Below, piece after piece: positions 9,597-18,802 of a stretch of 64,000 nt of DNA. The stretch is from an uncultured bacterium. GTDB taxonomy: Bacteria; Gemmatimonadota; Gemmatimonadetes; Gemmatimonadales; Gemmatimonadaceae. The stretch is from contig CAXBQP010000002.1 of NCBI GenBank assembly GCA_963978095.1, positions 1-64,000 on the forward strand, read 5' to 3'. Position 1 is the first letter of the stretch. Each line of letters begins with the position of its first letter. The notes under the pieces are model-generated. The model saw nothing but the letters and a program-made list of their open reading frames with translations. It did not search any database and was not told the DNA's origin. The translations under genes and the position numbers were made by a program.

Positions 9597-10591
9597 GCGG
9601 TGAAATCTCGCCGTTCCAGCAGGGCCTGCGCAATCATGGGGCCGTGCACGCGGCCATTCTCGATGAAGATCTTGTTCGCGTCCAATCCGCTCGCCAGCAC
9701 GCCGGCGATGAACACCCCGCGCGTGGCGGTCTCCATCGTCTTCGGATTGTGCGGAGGGACTCCGGTGACCGGGTCAAGGGAGATCCCGACCGACGCCAGC
9801 AGCTCAGGTCGGGGCGTATAGCCGGTCATGAGGTAGACGTGCTGCGCGGCGATCCGCTCCGCGACGTCGTTGCGCTCCACGAGCACCGCGTCCGGCGTGA
9901 TCGCCGTCACCCGCGTGTTCCAGTGCAGCGCGATGTCGCCATCCGCCACGCGCCCCTCGAAGTCCGGGCGTACCCAGGGCTTGATGTTCTTGTCGAAAGT
10001 CGGCCCGAAATGGACGACCGTGACTTTCGCACCGGCGCGGTACAAGTCGAGCGCCGCCTCGACGGCGGAGTTCCCGCCGCCCACCACGAGCGCCGTGCGC
10101 TGGAAAGCTTCGTGCCCCTCACGGTACTCATGCGTCACATGCGGGAGATCCTCTCCCGGCACATCGAGGCGGTTCGGCGTGCCGAAGTACCCCGTGGCCA
10201 CGATCACCGCACGGGCCTTGGTTTCCTGAGGCCCGAGTCCGCGCGGCGCGCTGTGCACCACGAAAAGTCCGTCGCGAGGCTCGATGCGCGTGACCGCCTC
10301 GTACTGACGCACGGCGAGATCGAAATGCCGCACGACGGCGCGGTAGTACGCGAGCGCGTCGCGACGCGTCGGCTTGTCGGTCGAGACGACGAACGGCATC
10401 CCGATCGACAACTTCTCGGCGGTGGAAAAGAAACTGATGTACGTCGGGTACCCCATGATCGAGTTCACGACGCATCCCGCCTCGAGCACCACTGCGTCGA
10501 TCCCCGCCTGCTTCATGGACACAGCGGCGGCGAGCCCACAGGGCCCGCCGCCGACGATCACCACCGGCACGACGGCCGTGCTGCCGCTCAT
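9593..10591 (-). CDS. ypdA: YpdA-family FAD/NADPH disulfide reductase (putative bacillithiol disulfide reductase)
   Basis: GGGPCGL, GCVVNSI..YP...[25 protein letters not shown] signature. Confidence 0.88.
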   Translation of the reverse strand: MSGSTAVVPVVIVGGGPCGLAAAVSMKQAGIDAVVLEAGCVVNSIMGYPTYISFFSTAEKLSIGMPFVVSTDKPTRRDALAYYRAVVRHFDLAVRQYEAVTRIEPRDGLFVVHSAPRGLGPQETKARAVIVATGYFGTPNRLDVPGEDLPHVTHEYREGHEAFQRTALVVGGGNSAVEAALDLYRAGAKVTVVHFGPTFDKNIKPWVRPDFEGRVADGDIALHWNTRVTAITPDAVLVERNDVAERIAAQHVYLMTGYTPRPELLASVGISLDPVTGVPPHNPKTMETATRGVFIAGVLASGLDANKIFIENGRVHGPMIAQALLERRDFTA

Positions 10592-11883
10592 CCCCCGACG
10601 ATCCCGGTCTCGAGGATCTGGTCGCGCCGCGTCCCCACCGAGACGTACTTGATCGGACAGTCCACGAGCGCCTCGATCCGGTCAAGGTAGGCGCGTGCCG
10701 CCGCCGGCAGGTCCGCGAGCGTGCGGGCGCCGGCCGTCGAGCACATCCACCCGTCGAACCACTCGTAGCGCGGCACCACGCCGTCGAGTTCGGCGATGTC
10801 TCCCGGGAACTCCTCCACGAACTCGCCACCGATTTCGTAGCCGGTGCACAGCCCGATCCGCTCGATCGTGTCGAGCACGTCGAGCTTCGTCACCGCGAGC
10901 GAGGTCAGTCCGTTCACCCGTACGGCGTAGCGGACGACCACCGCATCGAACCAGCCGCACCGGCGCGGCCGGCCGGTCGTGGCGCCGAACTCGTTGCCAA
11001 GCGCACGCACGCGCTCGCCCATCGCGTCGTCGAACTCGGTCGGAAGCGGCCCGGAGCCCACGCGCGTCGTATACGCCTTCACCACGCCGAGCGCCGCGTC
11101 GATCGAGCGCGGGCCGATCCCGACGCCGATGCTCGCGCCGCCTGCCGTCGTGCTGCTCGACGTCACGAACGGATACGTGCCATGATCGACATCGAGCAGC
11201 GATCCCTGCGCGCCCTCAAGCAGCACAGCGGCCCCGCTCTTCTGCGCATGATGCACCGTGAGCCCCACATCCTCCGCGATCGCCAAGAGACGCGGCGCGA
11301 GCTTGGCCAGCTCCGCCAGCGTGAACTCGGCGTCCGCACGCTTCGCGCTGCCGAAGCCCGCGAGCAGCTGGTTCGCATGCGCCGTCCCCTTCTCCACGAG
11401 CGCGCGCAGCCGCTCCGGGTGCCGCAGGTCGAGCACGCGGATCCCGCGCCGCGCGACCTTATCCTCGTAGGCGGGCCCGATGCCGCGTCCAGTCGTTCCG
11501 ATCGCCTTGCTCGCGGCACTCTCCTTGTCGACCAGCTTGTGGTACGGCATCACCAGATGCGCACGGTCGCTGAGGTACAGCCGTCCCTCGACGTCCACCC
11601 CGTCGCGGACAAGCGCGTCGACCTCGACGAAGACCGTCTCCGGGTCGAGCACGACCCCATTGCCGATCGCGCAACGCACGCCGGCATGCAGGATCCCGCT
11701 CGGAATCTGGTGCAGCACCGTCGACCGGTCACCGATGTGCACCGTATGTCCGGCGTTCGCGCCCCCCTGGTAGCGAACCACCCAGTCGGCCTTCTCGGCG
11801 AGGACGTCCACGAGCTTGCCCTTCCCCTCGTCGCCCCACTGGGCGCCGACGACCACGAGCGTGCGAATATTGGTATCGAACAT
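10588..11883 (-). CDS. purA: Adenylosuccinate synthase
   Basis: GAQWGDEGKGK, GGANAGHT, GTYPFVTSS, GATTGRPRRCGW. Confidence 0.98.
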   Translation of the reverse strand: MFDTNIRTLVVVGAQWGDEGKGKLVDVLAEKADWVVRYQGGANAGHTVHIGDRSTVLHQIPSGILHAGVRCAIGNGVVLDPETVFVEVDALVRDGVDVEGRLYLSDRAHLVMPYHKLVDKESAASKAIGTTGRGIGPAYEDKVARRGIRVLDLRHPERLRALVEKGTAHANQLLAGFGSAKRADAEFTLAELAKLAPRLLAIAEDVGLTVHHAQKSGAAVLLEGAQGSLLDVDHGTYPFVTSSSTTAGGASIGVGIGPRSIDAALGVVKAYTTRVGSGPLPTEFDDAMGERVRALGNEFGATTGRPRRCGWFDAVVVRYAVRVNGLTSLAVTKLDVLDTIERIGLCTGYEIGGEFVEEFPGDIAELDGVVPRYEWFDGWMCSTAGARTLADLPAAARAYLDRIEALVDCPIKYVSVGTRRDQILETGIVGG

Positions 11884-11918
11884 GGGTCCGGCATTCCCTT
11901 GGGAGGCCCGCTCGCGGG

Positions 11919-11953
11919 CAACAAAAAACGCCCCGGCGGATGCCTTGGGCGTT
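11919..11953 (-). terminator. Intrinsic-terminator-like hairpin upstream of purA
   Basis: Minus-strand AACGCCC-AA-GGC-ATCC-GCC-G-GGGCGTT followed by TTTTGTT. Confidence 0.6.
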
Positions 11954-11992
11954 GACGAAATCTAGTCCTGACCCGAACGAACGCAACATTTC

Positions 11993-12025
11993 GGGCGCCG
12001 GTCCTGACCCGCGGGACCGGCGCCC
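11993..12025. repeat. 12-bp perfect inverted repeat (hairpin) downstream of the DapA-family gene
   Basis: GGGCGCCGGTCC-N9-GGACCGGCGCCC. Confidence 0.7.
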
Positions 12026-12044
12026 CACCTTCAGCGAACGGCCG

Positions 12045-12947
12045 TCACTCCGCCACCGGCAGCCCCCCGGCGACCAGCAGCTCCCGCACTCGCGCCCGCC
12101 CCGCCGCGTCCAGGTCGGTCAGCGGCCCACGCACCGGCCCCCCGGAGAGACCCACGAGCTCCGCCGCCGCCTTCACGCCGGCCACCCCCAGCTCACCCAC
12201 GATGGTGACCGCCAGCGGCTTCATCCGGTCCTGAAGGCGCTGCGCGGTGGCGTCGTCGCCCCGAGCGGTGGCCTCGTAGATCGCCACGGCCAGCTCCGCA
12301 CCGAAGATCGATACCGCCACAATCCCCCCCTTCGCCCCCGCCTTCATCGCCGGATGGATCTGCCCGCCATTCCCGGTCAACACCGTGAAATCATCCCCGC
12401 GCGCGGCGAGATACCCGCCGAGCAACTCGAGATCACCGGAGCTGTCCTTGATCCCGATGATGTTCTCATGCTGCGCCAACTCCGCGACCAAGGCCGGCGA
12501 CAGCTTGAAATGCATGTACTTGGGGATGTTGTACAACACCACCGGGATCGGACTCGCGTCGGCGACACGCGTGTAGTGCGTGCGGAGCGCGCCCTCATGC
12601 ATCGCGTTCGAGTAGTAGTGCGGGGCCACCACCAGCGCGGCATGCGCGCCCGCCGTTTTCGCGTCCTTGGCGCGTTGGATCGTCTGACGCGTCGACTCGC
12701 CGCCGCATCCCATCAGGATCGTGCTCCCCCCCGTCGCCGACTTGCATGCCTGTTCGAGCACCGCCACCCGTTCGTACTCGGAGAGCAATGCGGCCTCGCC
12801 GGTGGAGCCGCAGATCACGAGCCCGCCTACGCCGGCCGCGCCGTGCGCCGCCGCGTTCCGGCCGAAGGCCTCAAGATCGAGGTCCTCGCTCCCGGCGCGG
12901 AAGTTCGTGATCATCGGCGCAAAGATCCCGCTCAGCTTCACAGTCAT
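12045..12947 (-). CDS. DapA/HOGA-family class I aldolase
   Basis: GSTGEA, PVVLYNIP, NIIGIKDSSGD (Schiff-base Lys). Confidence 0.88.
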   Translation of the reverse strand: MTVKLSGIFAPMITNFRAGSEDLDLEAFGRNAAAHGAAGVGGLVICGSTGEAALLSEYERVAVLEQACKSATGGSTILMGCGGESTRQTIQRAKDAKTAGAHAALVVAPHYYSNAMHEGALRTHYTRVADASPIPVVLYNIPKYMHFKLSPALVAELAQHENIIGIKDSSGDLELLGGYLAARGDDFTVLTGNGGQIHPAMKAGAKGGIVAVSIFGAELAVAIYEATARGDDATAQRLQDRMKPLAVTIVGELGVAGVKAAAELVGLSGGPVRGPLTDLDAAGRARVRELLVAGGLPVAE

Positions 12948-12968
12948 GATGTCATCCGTTGGAGAAGA

Positions 12969-14003
12969 TCAGTACCCGGTCTCGCGATCCACCACGTGCC
13001 GCATCGGCGTCCCCGCCCGATAACTCGCCCAGTTCTCGAGGAAGAGCGCGGTCAGCCGCTCCCAATACTTCCGCATCGAGACGCCCGCGATGTGCGGCGT
13101 CACCAGCACCTGCGGCATCCCCCAGAACGGGCTCTCGGCGACGAGCGGCTCCTGTGCGAACACATCGAGCACGGCTCCGCGCAGATGCCCCGAACCGAGT
13201 GCGGCGACGAGCGCGGGCTCGTCCACCAATGCCCCCCGCGACACATTGCACACGACCGCGCCGCGCGGGAGCAGGGCGAGCCTCGCGGCGGTCAGTACCT
13301 GCCGGGTCTCCGGAGTGAGCGGCGCGGCCAGCACCAAGACATCGGCGTGCGGCAGCTCGGCGTCGATCGCCGAGAGCGGGAACAGTCGGGAAAAGCCCGG
13401 CGGCGTCCCCGCCCCCAATCGGCGACGTGACCCGACGACCGTCGCCCCGAGCGCCGCGAACCGCCACGCGACCTCCGCACCGATCCCGCCAGCCCCCACC
13501 ACGACCACCCGGCACTCGCACAACTCGCGCAACCGCGTCTCGTCGGTCGCGAACGGCGCCGGATCCCACACGCGGCGACGCTGCAACGTCCCCGCAACAT
13601 CGAAGCCGCGCAACAACTGCATCGCCCCGGCCAACACGTGCTCCGCGATCGTCGGACCGTAGATCAGCGAGTTGGTGAGGAGCACATCGCTCGCCGCCAG
13701 CTCCGGGAACAGTAACGACGCCACGCCGGCCGTCCCGGTATGGATCCACCGCAGCTTCCTGGCCGCCGCGAACAGCGGCTTGGGCATGCCAAAACCGAGA
13801 TACACCTCGGCGTCCGCGATCTCACGGAGCGCCTCCTCGCTCGGCGACTGCGACCCGTCGCCGAACGAATCCGTGTCCGCCTCCACCACATGCGTGTGCC
13901 AGCCCGGCGGCGTGGCCGCGACAAGCGTCGCCGCCACCGCATCGGGCATCCGGTACGCCTGCGTGCGGGAGCGCAGATCCACCACCAACCGACGTGGGGT
14001 CAT
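12969..14003 (-). CDS. D-2-hydroxyacid dehydrogenase
   Basis: VVGAGGIG, PLTPETR, NVSRGALVDE, LDVFAQEPL, VTPHIAG. ATG 14003 overlaps the trpS stop. Confidence 0.9.
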   Translation of the reverse strand: MTPRRLVVDLRSRTQAYRMPDAVAATLVAATPPGWHTHVVEADTDSFGDGSQSPSEEALREIADAEVYLGFGMPKPLFAAARKLRWIHTGTAGVASLLFPELAASDVLLTNSLIYGPTIAEHVLAGAMQLLRGFDVAGTLQRRRVWDPAPFATDETRLRELCECRVVVVGAGGIGAEVAWRFAALGATVVGSRRRLGAGTPPGFSRLFPLSAIDAELPHADVLVLAAPLTPETRQVLTAARLALLPRGAVVCNVSRGALVDEPALVAALGSGHLRGAVLDVFAQEPLVAESPFWGMPQVLVTPHIAGVSMRKYWERLTALFLENWASYRAGTPMRHVVDRETGY

Positions 14004-14989
14004 GCCAGCGGTAATCCCATCTTCTCCTTCGTCTCCGTCATGGTCGCCTGCGCCACGGCGCGCGCCTTCGCCGCGCCATGGTCGAGAGCATCCGCCACCA
14101 TCGACGGCGACGCCATCAACGCCGACGCCCGCTCCCGGATCGGATTCAACTCGGCCACCATGTTCGCGTGCAATACCTTCTTGCAGTCGATGCATCCCCA
14201 CTGCGCGCCACGGCAGTTCGCCTCCACCTCGGCGACCGTCGCCTCAGGCGAGAATGCCTTGTGCAACGGGAAGATCGTCGCGCAGTTCTCGGGAGTACCG
14301 GCGTCCGTCTTGCGCTGCCGCGCGGGGTCCGTCACCGCAGGCCGCAACTTGTCCCACATCGCCGTCGGTTCCTCGAGCAATCCGATGGTGTTGCCCATCG
14401 ATTTCGACATCTTGGCCTGCCCATCGAGCCCGACGATCCGTCGCGTCGGCGTCAACCGCGGCTTCGGCTCCGGGAAATACGGCACGTCCGGGGAGAACCG
14501 GGCATTCCAGTTGCGCGCCACGACCCGCGACAACTCCAGATGCTGGATCTGGTCCTCTCCCACGGGAACGGTGTCGGCGCGGTACAAGAGGATGTCCGCC
14601 GCTTGCAAGACGGGATAGTTCAACAGCCCCGCCATCACCTGCTCCTGCCGCGACGCCTTCTCCTTGAACTGCGTCTGCCGCTCCAACTCGCCAAGCGGCG
14701 TCACCGTGTTGAAGATCCACGCGAGTTCCGCATGCTCCGGGACCTGCGACTGCACGAACAGGGAGCACTTGGCCGGATCGATCCCCGCCGCCAGCAGTCC
14801 CACCGACATCTCGTACGTCCGGCGCCGCAACTCCTCGGGCGCGTACGCCACAGTGATGGCGTGATAATTTACCACGCAGAAGAACGCCTCGGCCTCATCC
14901 TGCAGCGCCACCCAATTCTTCACGGCGCCAAGGTAATTTCCGATATGCAGTTCGCCCGACGGTTGGATCCCGCTGAAGATGCGCGTCAT
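14000..14989 (-). CDS. trpS: Tryptophan--tRNA ligase
   Basis: SGIQPSGELHIGNYLGA, VPVGEDQ, KMSKS. Confidence 0.97.
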   Translation of the reverse strand: MTRIFSGIQPSGELHIGNYLGAVKNWVALQDEAEAFFCVVNYHAITVAYAPEELRRRTYEMSVGLLAAGIDPAKCSLFVQSQVPEHAELAWIFNTVTPLGELERQTQFKEKASRQEQVMAGLLNYPVLQAADILLYRADTVPVGEDQIQHLELSRVVARNWNARFSPDVPYFPEPKPRLTPTRRIVGLDGQAKMSKSMGNTIGLLEEPTAMWDKLRPAVTDPARQRKTDAGTPENCATIFPLHKAFSPEATVAEVEANCRGAQWGCIDCKKVLHANMVAELNPIRERASALMASPSMVADALDHGAAKARAVAQATMTETKEKMGLPLA

Positions 14990-15012
14990 ACCCTGAAGTT
15001 ACGGTTGCGACC

Positions 15013-15849
15013 ATGACCAATCAATCTGCCAAAGCACCGGCCCAGACCGATCCGGAGGTTGGAATCCGGCTCCTCACGGTCGCCCGCGCCGCCGCCCGCG
15101 AGGCCGCTGCGGTCATTCGCGACGCCACGCCACGCCGGGCCGCCATCACCTGGCAGGAGAAGAGCGCAACCGACTTCGTCAGTGAAGTGGATCTCGCCGC
15201 CGAAGCCGCCATCCGCGCGGTCGTCGCCGCCCACCTGCCGCACGCCGCCCTCCTCGCCGAAGAGAGCGCCGAAAAGTTCGATGGCACCACCATGGACGCC
15301 GGGACGGTCTTCGTCGCCGATCCGCTCGACGGCACCACGAACTTCCTCCATGGGTATCCGGAGTATGCGGTATCCGTCGGCGTCCTCCACGACGGCATCC
15401 TGGTCGCCGGCGTCGTCATCGATGTGCCCGCGAACGAAGAGTTCACCGCGGTGCTCTGCGGCGGTGCCGCCCTGGATGGCATCCCGATTCGCGTCTCGAC
15501 GATCGACACCCCGGCGCGCGCGCTGATCGGCACGGGGTTTCCCTTCAAGAACCCGACCGACATCGCCCCCTACCAAGCCCAGATGTCGCGCGTCATGGCC
15601 GGGGTCTCAGGAGTGCGCCGCCCCGGGGCCGCCGCGCTCGACCTGGCCAGCGTTGCCTGCGGCCGATTCGACGCCTTCTGGGAGAACATGCTCGCCCCGT
15701 GGGATCTCGCGGCGGGGACCTTGCTCGTGCGCGAAGCGGGTGGCATCGTGACCACGGTGTCCGGGACCCCGGCGGCCGTCGCCCACACGTCAATCGTCGC
15801 CGGGAATCCCCCGATGCACCGCTGGCTGCTCGACACCCTCAACGCCTGA
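15013..15849 (+). CDS. suhB: Inositol monophosphatase family (SuhB)
   Basis: DPLDGTTNF, RRPGAAALDL, PWDLAAG. Confidence 0.9.
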   Translation: MTNQSAKAPAQTDPEVGIRLLTVARAAAREAAAVIRDATPRRAAITWQEKSATDFVSEVDLAAEAAIRAVVAAHLPHAALLAEESAEKFDGTTMDAGTVFVADPLDGTTNFLHGYPEYAVSVGVLHDGILVAGVVIDVPANEEFTAVLCGGAALDGIPIRVSTIDTPARALIGTGFPFKNPTDIAPYQAQMSRVMAGVSGVRRPGAAALDLASVACGRFDAFWENMLAPWDLAAGTLLVREAGGIVTTVSGTPAAVAHTSIVAGNPPMHRWLLDTLNA

Positions 15850-15862
15850 CCCATCCGCGATC

Positions 15863-17386
15863 ATGAAACTCGTCGAATGCGTGCCGAACTTCTCCGAGGG
15901 GCGTCGCCCCGAGGTCATCGAGGCCATCACCGCCGCCATCGCCAGCGTCGATGGCGTCGTGATCCTCGATACGTCGAGTGATCCGAGCCACAACCGCACC
16001 GTCGTCACGTTCGTCGCACCAGCCACAGCCGCGGTCCAAGCGGCCTTCAACGGCATCGCCAAGGCCCGCGAGCTCATCGACCTCACTGCACACACGGGCG
16101 AACATCCGCGCATCGGCGCCACCGACGTCTGCCCCTTCATTCCCCTCGAAGGGGCGACGATGGACGATTGCATCGCCCTCGCCCGCGAGCTCGGAGCCAA
16201 GGTCGGTACTGAACTGGGCATTCCCGTCTTCCTCTACGAAAAAGCCGCCACGCGCGCGGATCGTGAGAACCTCGCCGACATTCGCCGCGGCGAGTTCGAG
16301 CTCGCGCGCACCGAGATCGGGACGAATCCGAATCGCGTCCCCGACTTCGGACCCCACGCGATCCACCCCACGGCTGGCGCCACCGTCATCGGCGCGCGCC
16401 CCTTCCTCGTGGCCTACAACGTCTACCTCGGTGGCGCCGAGAACGTGAACGTCGCCAAGGAAGTCGCCAAGGCGGTGCGCGGCTCGAGCGGGGGACTCCG
16501 ATTCGTGAAGGGACTCGGCCTTGAAGTGGACGGCCAGGCGCAGGTCTCCATGAACCTCGTCGATACCGACAAGACCCCGCTCTACCGCGCGTACGACATG
16601 GTACGCATGGAAGCCGAGGCGCGCGGCGTCACCCCGACCTGGAGCGAGCTCGTCGGGCTCGTCCCCGAGAAAGTCCTCTTCGAGACGGCCGCGCGCCACA
16701 TCCGGCTCCCGAACTTCTCCACGTCGATGGTGCTCGAGCACAAAGTGCGCGCGGCCTTGGGCGGCGGGGAGTCGCTGAGCGGCTTCGTCGCCAGCGTCGC
16801 GAGCAGTGCCCCAGTGCCGGGCGGCGGTTCAGTCAGTGCGCTGGCCGGTCAGCTCGCGGCCGCACTCGCGCAAATGGTGGCCGGGCTCACCGTCGGACGC
16901 AAGAAGTACGCAGCCGTCGACGGCGCAATGAAAGATCTCGCCCTCACGGCCGTCTCGCTCGGGAATAGACTCTCCGCGCTCGTGAAGGAGGACGCCGACG
17001 CGTACGCGCTCGTAAGCAACGCCTACAAGCTCCCCAAGGAGACCCCGGAGCAGACCACCGTGCGCGACGCGGCCATCCAAGCCGCCCTGATGAAGGCCGC
17101 CGAGATCCCGCTCGAAACCGCGCGCGCCTGCGCAGAGGTCGCCGCGCTCGCCGTCACCTGCGCACATCACGGGAACAGCAACGCCGTCAGCGATGCCGGC
17201 GTCGCCGCGCTGCTCGCCGAGGCGGCGTGTCGCGGGGCCGCGTACAACGTACGCATCAATGTGTCCGCGATGGCCGACAAAGCCGCAGGACAGCCCCTGA
17301 GCTCTGCCGCTGCTGCGCTGGTCGTGGAGACGCACACGCTCGCCCAACAAGCCACCGCAGCCGTTGAGGCCGCGATCGGCGACTAG
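15863..17386 (+). CDS. ftcd: Bifunctional glutamate formimidoyltransferase / formiminotetrahydrofolate cyclodeaminase
   Basis: MKLVECVPNFSEGR, GEHPRIGATDVCPF; C-terminal PVPGGGSVSA and NVRIN cyclodeaminase motifs. Confidence 0.93.
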   Translation: MKLVECVPNFSEGRRPEVIEAITAAIASVDGVVILDTSSDPSHNRTVVTFVAPATAAVQAAFNGIAKARELIDLTAHTGEHPRIGATDVCPFIPLEGATMDDCIALARELGAKVGTELGIPVFLYEKAATRADRENLADIRRGEFELARTEIGTNPNRVPDFGPHAIHPTAGATVIGARPFLVAYNVYLGGAENVNVAKEVAKAVRGSSGGLRFVKGLGLEVDGQAQVSMNLVDTDKTPLYRAYDMVRMEAEARGVTPTWSELVGLVPEKVLFETAARHIRLPNFSTSMVLEHKVRAALGGGESLSGFVASVASSAPVPGGGSVSALAGQLAAALAQMVAGLTVGRKKYAAVDGAMKDLALTAVSLGNRLSALVKEDADAYALVSNAYKLPKETPEQTTVRDAAIQAALMKAAEIPLETARACAEVAALAVTCAHHGNSNAVSDAGVAALLAEAACRGAAYNVRINVSAMADKAAGQPLSSAAAALVVETHTLAQQATAAVEAAIGD

Positions 17387-17387
17387 C

Positions 17388-18140
17388 CTACGACCGCGTC
17401 AACACCACCGGCCCAGCGTCGGTCACCGCCACCGTGTGTTCGAAGTGCGCCGAGTTCTTGCCATCGGCGGTTACAACGGTCCACTTGTCAGACAAGGTGC
17501 GCGTCTTGTCCGTGCCGACGTTCACCATCGGTTCGATCGCGATCGTCAGGCCGGCCACCAAACGCATCCCGCGCTTGGGCTTGCCATGATTCGGGATCTG
17601 GGGCTCCTCGTGCATCATGTGTCCCACACCATGCCCGACGAGATCGCGAACCACGGTGAAGCCACCGGCCTTCACCACCGATTCCACGGCATGTCCGATA
17701 TCCCCGACGTGATTGCCGATCACCGCGGCCTGCATCCCCGCCTCGAGCGATGCCTCGGTCACCGCCATCAGACGCTGCGTCTCGGCATCGATCGGCCCGA
17801 CGGCGTACGTTCGCGCGGAATCGGTGTGCAAACCGCCGAAGAACACCCCGATGTCCACCGAGATGATATCCCCCGTGCGAAGAATCTTCTTCTTGTTCGG
17901 GATCCCGTGGACGATCTCTTCGTTCACGGACGCGCAAATACTCGCCGGAAAGCCGTAGAGCCCCTTGAAGCTCGGCACCGCTCCCTGGGAGCGGATGAAA
18001 TCCTCCACCACCTGGTCGATCTCCCAGGTGGAGACCCCCGCGGCAATGGCGTCGCGGGCAGCACGGTGGGCCTCGGCGAGAATCCGACCGCCCGCCGCCA
18101 TCGTATCGATTTCGCGTGGCGACTTGAGTTGGAGCATCAC
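17388..18140 (-). CDS. map: Methionine aminopeptidase type I
   Basis: CASVNEEIVHGIP, GHGVG, IEPMVN, SAHFEHT. Confidence 0.97.
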   Translation of the reverse strand: MMLQLKSPREIDTMAAGGRILAEAHRAARDAIAAGVSTWEIDQVVEDFIRSQGAVPSFKGLYGFPASICASVNEEIVHGIPNKKKILRTGDIISVDIGVFFGGLHTDSARTYAVGPIDAETQRLMAVTEASLEAGMQAAVIGNHVGDIGHAVESVVKAGGFTVVRDLVGHGVGHMMHEEPQIPNHGKPKRGMRLVAGLTIAIEPMVNVGTDKTRTLSDKWTVVTADGKNSAHFEHTVAVTDAGPVVLTRS

Positions 18141-18787
18141 GTACGGCCGAGAGCGGCGAGCGCCCGGCCCTGGACCGCATCCAGCGATCCCACCGCATCA
18201 ATCGACACCACGTGCGCCTGCTGCGCACGATACCACGCGATCACCGGCGCGGTCTGCTCCTGATACACCCGCAGACGGTTGCGGATCGCGTCGGGCTCAT
18301 CGTCCTTGCGGCGCACGAGCGTCCCCTTGGGCTCCTGCACGCACTCCGTGTGCGTCTCCCCAGGCATGCGCCCGGTGAAGGGCATCTGGCACGCCTCACA
18401 GACCGTACGCCCGCTGAGCCGCGCCACGAGCACCTCGTCGGCGATCTCGAAGAGCATCACCGCGTCGAGCGGACGTCCGAGCTCCGACAGGACCGCCGCA
18501 AGACCCTCCGCTTGCGGCACGGTACGCACCACACCATCGAGGATCACCCCCGACGCCTGCTCCGGCGCCTTGAGCGCCTCCTTCATGATGCCCAGGATCA
18601 CGGCATCGGGCACAAGGTCGCCCCGATCCATGAAACCCTTGGCCTCGAGGCCGAGCGTGGTCCCGGCTTTGACCGCAGCACGGAGCACATCCCCCGTAGC
18701 GATCTTGGGGACGCCGAGGGCCGCGGCGATCCGCTCCCCCTGCGTCCCCTTGCCGGCGCCCGGTGGTCCGAGCAGCACGACGATCAT
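18137..18787 (-). CDS. adk: Adenylate kinase
   Basis: GPPGAGKGTQ P-loop; LID with CxxC...HxxC. Confidence 0.97.
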   Translation of the reverse strand: MIVVLLGPPGAGKGTQGERIAAALGVPKIATGDVLRAAVKAGTTLGLEAKGFMDRGDLVPDAVILGIMKEALKAPEQASGVILDGVVRTVPQAEGLAAVLSELGRPLDAVMLFEIADEVLVARLSGRTVCEACQMPFTGRMPGETHTECVQEPKGTLVRRKDDEPDAIRNRLRVYQEQTAPVIAWYRAQQAHVVSIDAVGSLDAVQGRALAALGRT

Positions 18788-18802
18788 GGTACGCTCCTGA
18801 CT

